Assembly: GCA_036172245.1 (NCBI GenBank)
Contig: JAYWIR010000016.1
Coordinates: 682,001 to 746,000 of the forward strand
Origin: Raillietiella orientalis
Taxonomy: Eukaryota
Length of the DNA: 64,000 nt
Direction of reading: 5' to 3'
In this document: one piece after another, positions 43,251 through 55,681 of the stretch
How the letters are laid out: each line of letters starts with the position of its first letter
Position numbering within the stretch: the stretch's first letter is position 1
Notes under the pieces: generated by a model
The model's input: only the letters and a program-made list of their open reading frames with translations
Database searches by the model: none
What the model was told of the DNA's origin: nothing
Position numbers and translations under genes: made by a program

Positions 43251-44127
43251 AAGCTACGAATTCTTCGAGAGTCTTTCTCTAGCGCTCACACGCTGGAAAT
43301 TTGTCTAGGCAACGTCGAAAAGCTGAGCGTCGTCTCCGGGAATGCGAGCCGGTACTTTCGGTAACCTATGCGGGGCAATCCGGCGGCCCTGCGATCCGTA
43401 GCTCGTGGGGATAAAAAAAACACACACACAAAAATGCGGATTCTGAATTGTGGGAAGGGGCTACCGGAGGGCGCCCGTTCTCCCACATCGCGGAGACCTT
43501 CCGATGCTGCGCGACTCTCCGGTGGCTGCTTGTCTCCACGGGCGATGCGGAGGCGCTGACGAAATCCTCCTACCCTGCGCGCGTCACGCGCTTTCGCGAA
43601 CGCGTGCCAAACACACTGGTCAGGCACCGCACCGCGTCCGCCGCACGGCTGACTGCCCCGGGGCAGCACCCTTTGCGCTCACCGCCTGCCCAAACGTGGC
43701 GCGCGAGCACGGACGAGAAGCCCGAAGCGCTCTTCCGGTGATGGGGCACCGCTGGGAGCACATGGGAGAGAGTCTCTTTGGAGACGGTCTCGGACGGGCT
43801 TCCTCCTGGAGACTGTCCTATCGGGCGCGCGAAGGTAGCAAATAGAGCCCGTGCTGTAGCGGCATTCGGGAGGCACGTGCGTCCGAGACGGAAGGAGCCA
43901 GCAATGGCAGACCCGGCGCCGCCAAGGCTCTTCGATGACTCCTCAGCTCTGCAAGCAAAAGCGTGGTCACGAGAAGCGTCCTTTCCCCCTTTAGGGAAAA
44001 CCACCCTCGAGAACGCCACCATCTCTTCGCCGCATGTGTCCTTGTTGATCTGTGCCGGCCTTGCGAAGCGATCCGAAGACATCCGCACCGAGCGCTTGTT
44101 GAACTTGTCGAGTCGGAGATTGCGATT

Positions 44128-44715
44128 GCGCGGAGATTGTTGAGGTCTCCAAGTGTGGCACCACCAAGAGTCGTGGGTTCGAATACTCGGGTAGAACCGA
44201 CGCCGAGAGATGGGGGGTACGTTGTGGGTTGCAGTTCCTCACGCGAGATGACGCTGGTTGGCCTGCATTCGGCTGCGTCACTGGAAGCGGTTCAAACCGG
44301 ATACCCCCGATGAGTGGCCGGAATTGGGAGTCGATCCGGGGTCTTTCCAAGAAACAGAATCAAGGAATGGGGGTTCCCCTCCGGTTGTGCAAGGGAGCGG
44401 ACCCCCCATTCGGGGGGACCCTCTGTCTCGTACCATGAGTGCAATTAAGCGAGCCGTTCCCTTTGGGGAGCGCCCTTCTGAGAAATTTCGGAAGCGTCCC
44501 TTCGGGGTTCTCTTCAGAGGAGGAAACAGATGCGGACTCTTCCCGGGTGGTCCCTCTGGAGAGAATAAGGAAGGAGAGTCCCTCCAGGGATCCCTCCACA
44601 GGCATGAGAGGAACGGACACCCAGTCCTTCCTGAATTCATAGGGTGGCTCCCTTCCCAGAGTACCCCCTATCTTAAAGAATTACACGCACCCTCGGGTGG
44701 CGTGGAACGGTGTTC
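44128..44715 (+). repeat. Same repeat, copy 2 (inverted relative to copy 1)
   Basis: ggtctcc..gtggcaccaccaagagtcgtgggttcgaat, gatgacgctggttgg, gcggttcaaaccggat and gaattacacgcaccctcgggtggcg align with the reverse complement of 46095-46660. Confidence 0.8.
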
Positions 44716-45044
44716 TTCTCTTGTCCTCTCTTTCCGCTCCTTTCGTCTGCTCTTCTGACTTCCTCTGGGCACTCAGATCCTGCCAAGCCGGATGGTGACC
44801 GCGACGTCGGGCGAGGACCTGTTGTTGCTTGCGGAGCAGCGGCTGCTCGGCAGTTCCCCGGCGGTGCCATCCAGAACGGAGCCAGCAGGCAGCTGCTGTA
44901 TCCCCGGAACGTTCTCAAAGGCGATCTCGCCTGCACCCGTGCGGACCCGTCTTGTAGGGAGCACGGAGCTGCGCATGTGCTGCTCCGGAGGGAAGGTTCA
45001 GGAGCGCATCCCATCCGAAAGGATGCCTTCCACGAGATTCCAGA

Positions 45045-45740
45045 TTCGGAGCAGAATAGCAATGGAAGCAGATCGGAACACGGAAGTATCAGAAGAACTT
45101 GACATTTCACATTCTTCCAGAACATTCACGACGCAGAAAGTAGCTGCAGCTCTTCAGTTCATTTCTGAGGGATCGGCAATGTTTGAAGAACAGGACTCGA
45201 ATATGGAGACAATGGCGAAAGTGAAAAGAGGCGTTTATGACTCACTGAAATGTTACAATGAGATTTTTTACGAAAAAAAAAAACGAACCGTGCAGTCTTC
45301 CATCAAATCCTGTTTTAAAAGAGTGGATGAACCAGCCGCAGCCGTTTCAAGACAAGTTCAGCCACCCACATAAAGTGACACGCATGTGAAAATGACGAAC
45401 ACTGATGGAAATATGGACAAATAAAAGTTGAATGCATAGATTTTGTAAGTACATAATAAATTATATAATTCCGTTTATGCTTTTAATTAAAATTGACTAT
45501 TTACTATTGTATCTTGCTTTCTCTTAGCATTTTTTCAACTTTATTTTACGTTCGTACCGTATTGGTTTAATATTCAATATTTAATACATGCTTCTCACAT
45601 GTAAAAATGACCACTAGCGTATAGGATCGCATCGTATACGCAAAAAGTGCTTTATTTTGGTGTTTTGACGCAGAACTAACAAAAACATATAAAGAACGAC
45701 CTCCAGGAACCGAACTCGTTCGTAAATCCGGAACTGCCTT
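45045..45740 (+). mobile_element. Tigger/pogo DNA transposon 3' remnant (transposase C-terminus plus right TIR)
   Basis: RTFTTQKVAAAL...FEEQDSNME...VKRGVYDSLKCYNEIFYEKKKRTVQSSIKSCFKR matches the Tigger/TIGD C-terminus. The end ...ctcgttcgtaaatccggaactgcct, followed by TA, resembles a Tigger TIR (CAGGCAGTCCCCGGGTTACGAAC type). Confidence 0.82.
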
Positions 45741-45946
45741 ATATATTTACGTAAAGAATATACCAGTTTATTCCAGAGTGCATATTTCTTATTATTTTAC
45801 ACGTTTTTAATAGTAATATTATTTTAGCACATGTATTTATTAAGACTTTATAACATATCTATGTTAATACTTAATAACATATATTATATCAATCTACATA
45901 ATAAACAAATTGGCAGCCGTTCTTCAGGTCATGCAATGCACGGTTT

Positions 45947-46690
45947 AGGCCGCGTCGGAGGCCGTGTGGTTACGGTCTCCGCGCGTGGCTTAAAAGTCCC
46001 CCTTTTCTGTCCTCGCTGTTTTCCTTCCATTTTGTTTTTTTGGTTCGCGGAGCAGCTCAAGAGCCATCGCACACCTGGCGGCTCACGCAGCTCTTTAATA
46101 CGGTTCCGCGCCACCCGAGGATGCGTGTAATTCTTCAAGATAGAGGCTGTCCCAGGAGGAGACCACCCTATGAATCCAGGAAGGGTTCCGGAGAAGGGAG
46201 TTCGTTCCTCTCATTCCTCTCACGCCTGAGGAGGGATCCCGGAAGGGAACCTCCATCCTGGTTGTCTCCGAAGGGGAACCTTGAAAGGAATCTCCTTCCT
46301 TATTCTCTCCGGAGGGACCCGGAGGGATCCGCTTCAGTATTTCTTCTCCGAAGGGAACCGGAAAGGATCCGCTAGTAGGAATTTCTTCTCCGGAGGAAAC
46401 AGCTCCTGTTTACTCCTTCAGTACGATGCGGAGGGTCCCCCTGGAACGGAGGGTCCTCCCCTTCACAACCGGGGAGGAGGGAACTCCCTACTCCTTGATT
46501 CGTGGAAGGACCCGGAGGTCGACTCCCATTTGTCCCGGTCCTCATCAGAGGCATCCGGTTTGAACCGCTACCAGTGCCGCACCCGAATGGAGTCCAACCA
46601 GCGTCATCTTGCGGGAGGGACTCGAACCCGCGACGCTTGGTAGTGCCACGCGCGGAGACCACCGTAACCACACGGTCTCCGACGCGGGCT
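45947..46690 (-). repeat. Non-coding interspersed repeat with hairpin ends, Pol III B-box and internal tandem subrepeats (copy 1)
   Basis: 45947-45989 is the inverted near-copy of 46645-46690. Minus-strand GGGTTCGAGTCCC lies at about 46617-46629. Homologous to 44128-44715 and 1935-2180. Confidence 0.75.
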
Positions 46691-46749
46691 CGTACGTCCT
46701 TCAGACTGCACCACCAGAAGATATTTCTCTCAACTGCACGCGATGTCGG

Positions 46750-47330
46750 AGGACGCTGTGGACTTCCTCAGGAGATGGGCGTAGGGATTCCCGGATCCGG
46801 ACCGTCGGCTGACACCAGCGATCCCGCGAGGACTCAGCGCACGGACGTCGTCGATGTTCTCCGGAGGACTTCCGCAGAGCGATCCGGCGACGGCATTTGC
46901 TCCGCATGATCTCCAGAGTCAGCCTGGAGCTTCCGGGTATTCTCGACGGGACGTTCGACGTCGTCCGTCATGGTCTCACCTCCTCTTCGCAGCGGGGAGG
47001 AGGGGGGGCACGGCGCAGTCGTAAGGCAACGTTCGGTGTTCCTTGTCTCCGAGGGGGCCTTGCCGTCTTCAGAGTGCCGCCTTCGGTTGACAGCCGCTTG
47101 GTGAACAGGCGAAGATGCCTCTGGCGGTGGATTGGGATGAGTCTCCTCCGTGCCAAGCATGCGTCTCCTCCCTTGTCCTCGGGCCTCTCTTCACGGGGCC
47201 AAGAAGTATCGCTGAGCCGGATGTATCGATTTCCATTCCGAAAGCCGGCGTCGACTCCGGCGACCAGGTATCGACATGATGGGCTACGCAGTCTCACGCC
47301 GGACATTACGTCCCTTTGGTGCTTCCGAAT
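46750..47330 (-). mobile_element. Possible LINE ORF1 remnant
   Basis: AGFRNGNRYIRL resembles the G.xNG.R motif of L1/Tx1 ORF1 proteins, followed by a Pro/Arg-rich tail. Weak call. Confidence 0.35.
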
Positions 47331-47469
47331 AAGCTTTCCACTTCTTGTTGCTTAGGATCGTGCGTACGGTGGACGCAACACCAACTCAGGTTCCTGCCGT
47401 TTGTGGCGTCCCTAACTATCAGCTAGGGGTTCCTCCGCCAAAGAAGAATCAGAGAGGCTTCCTTCCCCC

Positions 47470-47990
47470 CCGCTAGATGGCTGTCGTCCGACGCTCCACA
47501 TACTCTTCACGTTGCTGGATGGCAACGCAGATTTTCTCGACGTCTTGCCGGACTTGGCCTTCCGCGTCCTCGTCAGAGGGTAGCACAAAGATTTTCTTCT
47601 TGACCACATCTTGTAGACCACAGAGGGAAATTTCCACGATGAATAGGTAGGAGGACGTCATCAGGCTAAAGAAACTGCCAAGTCAGAGTTTTCATCCAGG
47701 TTGCTTAGCGCTAAGCATACCTTGGCACGCTCCCTCTAGAGGTTCGTTTTGCAGCGCGGCCCGGGACATTCAGGCATCCTATTTTTTTCGTCTGGGAACG
47801 TGCAATCTTTATTAGGGAAGCCAAGCCGCCGGAGGTGCACATGGAAGCCTGGCAGGAAGAGGCTTCGGCACACGAGTACACCTGGAGAGGGGTTGACTAG
47901 AGAGGCTATCACAAAGGGTGAGGTTCGTCTGGGGTGCAAGTCGGCCACGGGACTTGCCAATGCACTCCAGGGATGGAGAATGCTCCCGAG
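47470..47990 (-). mobile_element. Probable LINE C-terminal fragment
   Basis: LFLPGFHVHLRRLGFP...MPECPGPRC and EGQVRQDVEKI resemble the C-termini of the other copies. Confidence 0.4.
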
Positions 47991-49283
47991 TAATCGTCGT
48001 CACCTGCCCACGAAAGTCATCCCAGCTCGTAGGCAACTGGGAAACTGCCACGAAAAAGAAGCAACGCCAGAGGGTACTTCCAGGAACACCTGGCACTTCC
48101 CTAGCTCCCGACGAAGCTTCACATCCTGTCCATCAGGCACGTGACCCCGATGAAACTGTCGGGACGAGCTGGAACGCGTGAGCGGGAACGCAAAGTCGCT
48201 GCGCAGCCGCCGATGCGACGCCTTCTCTGCTCTGGAGGTGGCGCCACTCGCCGCGTGACCACTTGCTACGACACTTCGGTGACCTGCAGGGATGGGAATG
48301 TTGCTACAAAAAAAACGACCAGCGTCTTGGCCACGGCGATTAGGCGACGTGCGATGGCTAAACGTAAGGCTTTGCGATCGTCGTCGGCCAACTGAGCGGA
48401 GAGGAATCATCGGATAGATCTTTTCCTTCCCCGCTCTCCCCCTCCCCACACAACGATGGAGGAGAAATAAAAACGCGCGGGCAAACTCCTTCCCTTTCTG
48501 ACTTCATTTTCGTGGATGGATGGTTCTGTATTTGTAGTTACCAATAAACGCTCCGAGGACGCAGTGAGGTCCGTGGGGAATTCGCAGTGACCAACCTACC
48601 CAGCGGGCAGCCACGCTCCGCCTTGTTCCACTTCCAACATCGGAAATGGGGCTCCCCCCACCCTCAGTATGGAACTCCCGAAGTCCCGTACAACGAGAGA
48701 GGCACTTTTGTCTTGGAGGGCACTGTCGGAGCCACGAGTTGCCTTCTGTAGCAACTTCTAGGGAACGAGGCTCCAGCCGGGACTGCTCCCGCGTCACGTG
48801 GCGCTTGCTCCTTCCGCTGGCGACCTTTGCTACCGCGCCAACAGTGGCGTGCAGCGTGCGCGGCCTCGACAAGCCTCGCCTGGAAGAACACCAGTGGCAG
48901 GCTGCACGAACAGCACAGACACGCCTTGCACCTCAGGAGTGTTTGAGAAAACGAATAAAAAAAGGAGTGCGGTTAACGCTTCCTCCGCTGCTTGCTAACG
49001 AGGAATCGAAGAAAACATACGAACAAAGGACGCGGTACGGTTCCCTCGCGTACTTCGTATTCTCTTCCTAAAATTCACCCCTCCTTATGAAAGTAGTGCG
49101 AGCCACCATTTTTTTTTTTTGCATTACATATAATTAACTATATGCAGGAATTATAAAGAAATCCCTGATGCATTTTAAGTGAACAACATGACTTACCTGG
49201 ACCGCTTGCGAGCGCACCAGCGCGCCACGCGCTGGGGTTGTCGGCACGGAAACAAAAGTTTTCGCGCTCATTTTTCCAAGCGA

Positions 49284-49352
49284 CCAATCAACTGCGCTGC
49301 CTATGGCGCGAAGCCGCTCGAACGTCGGCGCTTCCCGTCGCGTTCAGCCAAT
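49284..49352 (+). promoter_or_regulatory. Two CCAAT boxes of the H3 promoter
   Basis: GACCAATCA (CCAAT at 49284) and AGCCAATCA (CCAAT at 49348) upstream of the H3 ATG; paired CCAAT boxes are typical of histone promoters. Confidence 0.6.
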
Positions 49353-49505
49353 CAAAAGCGCTCACGGTCCTGGGCGGGAAGCCGCTTGAACGTAGGCGCA
49401 CAAGGCATAAGTGCTGCACGAGGTGGGGTCGAGACCTCATTCGCGAAGTTTGTGGTTGTTGTTGTTAGTTGCTGGTGGTAGTGATCGACGAAAGTGCGTT
49501 CTTGA

Positions 49506-49922
<417 letters not shown>

Positions 49923-49951
49923 GCCGAAGCAGAAGCGAACCGGCGAAAAAC

Positions 49952-49967
49952 GGCCCTTTTCAGGGCC
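49952..49967 (+). terminator. Histone mRNA 3' stem-loop (SLBP site)
   Basis: AAAAAC-GGCCCT TTTC AGGGCC: 6-bp stem, 4-nt loop, 29 nt after the H3 stop; matches the metazoan consensus. Confidence 0.95.
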
Positions 49968-52745
49968 AGGGCAAGACATCCCGAGAGGTTGAATCCCGAC
50001 GTTTGTACTGCGCAAGTGTCTCGTGACGAGCGACCGGGTCGCCTGGGCTACCGGGTCGACGCCCTATCGAAGCAAAAGGTCCGCGGTTGCCGTGGTGACC
50101 GCGTTCTTAAGGGTCTGCTACGTCCGGGGCGCCACGCCCCCGCGGAAGTGAGGGCGCCTTGGCTCCGCGTGCCATAAAAACGCGGACTGGCGGTCACGTG
50201 TTCGACCTGGTAAGACCTGCCGTGTACAAGCGTGCAAGTGAGCTGCTCTGCGTACTACGTATCTCCCGAGAAGAATTCTCGAATGCGCAGTGTCTTTCGG
50301 CAAACCGCCGGTGAAAATCTCCCCCCGTGGAGACGGGTGCGCATTAGTAACTTAAGCATTCTAAAAGACCCCTTCAAGGTCCCTTTGCATGTGAGCATCC
50401 GGCAAGGGCTGATGGGAACCTCTCGCTTCCTCCTGGAAGCGTGAGAGGGATGGTCAGCCCCGACGACAAAAGGAGCGATAATTGTAAGGCTCGGGAAAGT
50501 TCGGTTGCGTTTCTTCGACGCGGAATGCGAGCTGTCCCAACGGTTTTCCCCATCACTCTTAGCATTGGCATTCTCATCTGCCGTAAAGCTCGGAGCATCC
50601 CATGGCGGCACTCTTCCCCGGCTGTGGAAACGGTTAAGCGCGCGCGTCACTTAGGTGCAACTCTTGATCCTCGAGGCTGTTGAGGTTTGCGGTTCGCCTG
50701 CTGCGTGACCTCTTGAAAGCCTTTGCTTCAAAGGTTGCTCCAAGGCGGCTGTCTCTGCGTTGGCACGGTAACTTCGGTACGGAAATGGGGAGAAAACGAG
50801 CTGAAGAGGGGAGGGGAGGGGTCGCATTTGGGGCTGTTTCGACGCTGATTTGGGGAGGCGAAGGAGCGCGCGAACAGCCCGCAATTTTCAAGCTGAAAAT
50901 GCATTTGGCTTCGTCCTCGGGCACTTTGCACGATGAAGTTCCCCCCGTGCAAATTTGCAAAATACACGGATGCCGCTCTTTTTCCTAATGAGGCGAAGAG
51001 AAATGCAGATGAACCCCCTTACTACTGTGATCAGCACGATGATCCTTGAAAACGTTTCTCCCGATATACTGACATACAGCATCGTCTCATTACATATTTC
51101 CTAATATCGTACCGTATGTGAACGGTGCTTTCGGATTTTCATGCATTTCCCTTCAGGGCATTGTGGTAAGTTTACGCAAGCGTCGCATCCTTCGTACACT
51201 GTACAGGACACACTGTTCGCAAAGAAAGATCAAAGTATCAGCCAGAAAAGGATTCCTTTGAGGGTTCTTTGCATTCAGAAAACAGTGGAAAGTCTCAACA
51301 TGCAGCATGAAAACGATACACCTTATACCGGCGGGATACACGGAGTGCCAGTCGCATCTATCAATTGGACCCATTAAATTGGTGGTGGTAATGTTTTGGT
51401 ACCCGGACTAGTTTGTATTGCCTGCATTAGCCCTAATTTTCCTTGGTTGTGGAATTTAGCAGCTATTTTGACTTAGCATCAGCGTCTAATGCCTGATTTC
51501 TCCTAGACTGTTAGGGTGGGTAAACTCTTGTTAGTAATCTTTCTAGGATGTACCAAAGATTGATCGGAAAAGGAATTATAAGGAGAAACTTATTTAATTT
51601 AATTGTCAAATTCATGGCATTCTTTTATACCTTCCATTGTTTATTGGATCACATTTGGAGAAAAAATCAGGTCCGTACCCATAAAAATTGAGATTCACGA
51701 AAGATGCGCAAGAAACATTTGCCTTGTTTGTGGAAAGTGCAAGGAAATTCTGTTGTAGCCACAAAATAAGAGTTTCCACATTTTTTTGAAAAAATGTTGT
51801 CATCGGCCGAACAGGAATTATGCTACTGCGAATTTTTGATCACATCTGAAAAAATAAGAAAGATTGATTTAACAAACGAACAATCTCCAAATCTGTGTAG
51901 ACTTAATTGGATTTAAAACTTGGCAGATAATCTCAAAAATTTTATTTTTAAGGATTTTTATGCAATCAGAAAAAGCATTTACAGTTTCTTATAGTACAGA
52001 GTAAACGACTTCGAATTGCCTACTCTAAGTAGTAATGGAAGTCGCTGCAAGTCACCTGAGACAGTCATGTCCAAAGTGACTGGTAGCAATTCGAATCTTA
52101 TTCTTGTTTGATTGGATTATATATAAAAAAAAGACCAGAACAGTGTTCACTATCCTACGTGATTTTATGGTCATGTTTTGTTCAAGTGAGTGAAACATAA
52201 TCACAATGTAGGGTGAAATCAGATATGAAGAGGTCAAAGTGAACTCAACAAAAAATCTGTCCCATAAACTTAGAAGCCATCCGTAAGCAGTCGTTAATGT
52301 GCTTAATTTGCTGAGTTTATTTATCCCTTATTTTATTCTCTATTTATCTCCAAACAGCACCATTTCCATATTAAAAAAAGGAGTGCTAATAGAAATTCAG
52401 ATCACATCTAAGTATCAGTATTTTCCTTGTGATTATAATCATTTCTCTATGTGACTGCCGTATTATCAGTCTTGCAGATCAGTGAATGATTCAAGTAATG
52501 TGCTGATACTCATTTGGACATCAGGAACAATCGCTGTATCATTAGTCTTTCTAGCCGAATTGGCAATTTAGAGATTAAAATTTTCCGTTTTGTAACTTGC
52601 CTTTACAGGTAACTTGAAAATTCGGATATATTGAATTTGAATATCACAAAATATCGAGCTTTTTAAAGTTTTGGACGTTATAAGTTGTTTCTCTGTAGAT
52701 TTGTAGTCAGTTTCTAATATAAAAAATTTGAAAGTCAAGTGATAA

Positions 52746-53907
52746 ATGTGTTCAATGAAAGAAGTAACTGCTTTATATCAACAACTTAGACAGGAATGGA
52801 AGAAGAAGAATAGAAATCTAGACCTATGTGGAGTGCTACTAAGGAAGCTAAAGGTCTGTTTTTACAAAATGTAATTTTTTATTTTGATAGTGAAAAGAGC
52901 TGCACACTATGAGAAACTTGATTTGTCTTGATTTGGTTATTTCAAATTACAGTTTGGGCTATTAATTGATATTTCTCGTAAGATTTTGGCACAATGCTTC
53001 ATGTAGAACATCATTTATTTTTTAATCATTTGTATTAGTAAATAAAAAATCTGTAAAATAGATACAAATTTATCTGTTTTATAGCTTGCCCTCATATCAC
53101 TGGATTTTCTGCCAACAACTCTTGAAGGAGCAACAGTTCAGGAACTTCTTGTTGCTAGTAAGCTCTTTTTACTTGACTGAATCAGAAATACATTTAAGTA
53201 GGAGATGTAATGGAAATTGGTGCACAATGGAGTGTTGAAGTTAAAGATATTCCTTCTTTCGAACGTTACATGTCACAATTGAAGAATTATTATTTTGATT
53301 ACAAGTAAGTGCACTGTTAGGCAGGCATGGCGGATGCATGTATGTGTTTTCCAGAAAGATGCTTCCTGAGAGTGCATATTATTATCAACTTCTAGGCTTA
53401 AATCTTTTGTATCTGTTATCTCAAAATCGAGTTGCTGATTTCCATGCTGAATTAGAATTACTACCAAGGGAAACACACTCCAATGTGTATATTAGGCACC
53501 CAATGTCTCTAGAACAATATCTTATGGAAGGTTCTTATAATAAGGTAGCAGACTAATTTATTAGCAGTATGATAGTGCTGGAATAGATTTTTTTAGCAAA
53601 AAGCAATGTACCAGCTGCCAGTTACACTTTTTTTATTGACATGTTATTAGATACAGTAAGGGATGAAATTGGAAATTGTCTGGAAAAAGCATATGAAAAT
53701 ATCACTCTGAACAACGCATGCCATATGCTGTTTTTCACATCCCTGGACCAGTTGATTGATTATGCAACAAAACGGGGATGGAAAATTGAAGATACTTATC
53801 TGAAATTTTGCCCCATGGAGCCCCGACGCATGGAAGAACCTGTAGCTTCCTGTCGATTAGCCACTACTATTATAGAATATGCTCACCAACTGGAAATGAT
53901 TGTGTAA
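52746..53907 (+). CDS. PSMD8: 26S proteasome lid subunit Rpn12 / PSMD8, 5 exons (start could instead be 52755)
   Basis: [93 protein letters not shown]-terminal [11 protein letters not shown]. Confidence 0.96.
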
Positions 53908-53916
53908 TATATTTCA

Positions 53917-55681
<1,765 letters not shown>

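Noticed and set aside
44792..45373. 193-aa ORF as a possible domesticated Tigger fusion gene
   Set aside because: Only the C-terminal tail is Tigger-like, with no DDE or HTH domain; the N-terminal half looks like chance read-through from adjacent repeat DNA.
45959..46000. tRNA-Leu(TAA)-like start, and tRNA-like heads at about 44170 and 46620
   Set aside because: No complete cloverleaf or acceptor stem; treated as part of a repeat.
46490..46550. CUGAUGA followed by a GGACC/GGUCC stem (minus strand), suggesting a hammerhead ribozyme
   Set aside because: No GAAA directly after stem II, no clear stems I and III, and copy 2 has CCGAUGA.
49191..49200. ACTTACCTGG resembling the 5' end of U1 snRNA
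   Set aside because: No U1 loop I or II motifs or Sm site follow; better explained as an antisense splice donor.
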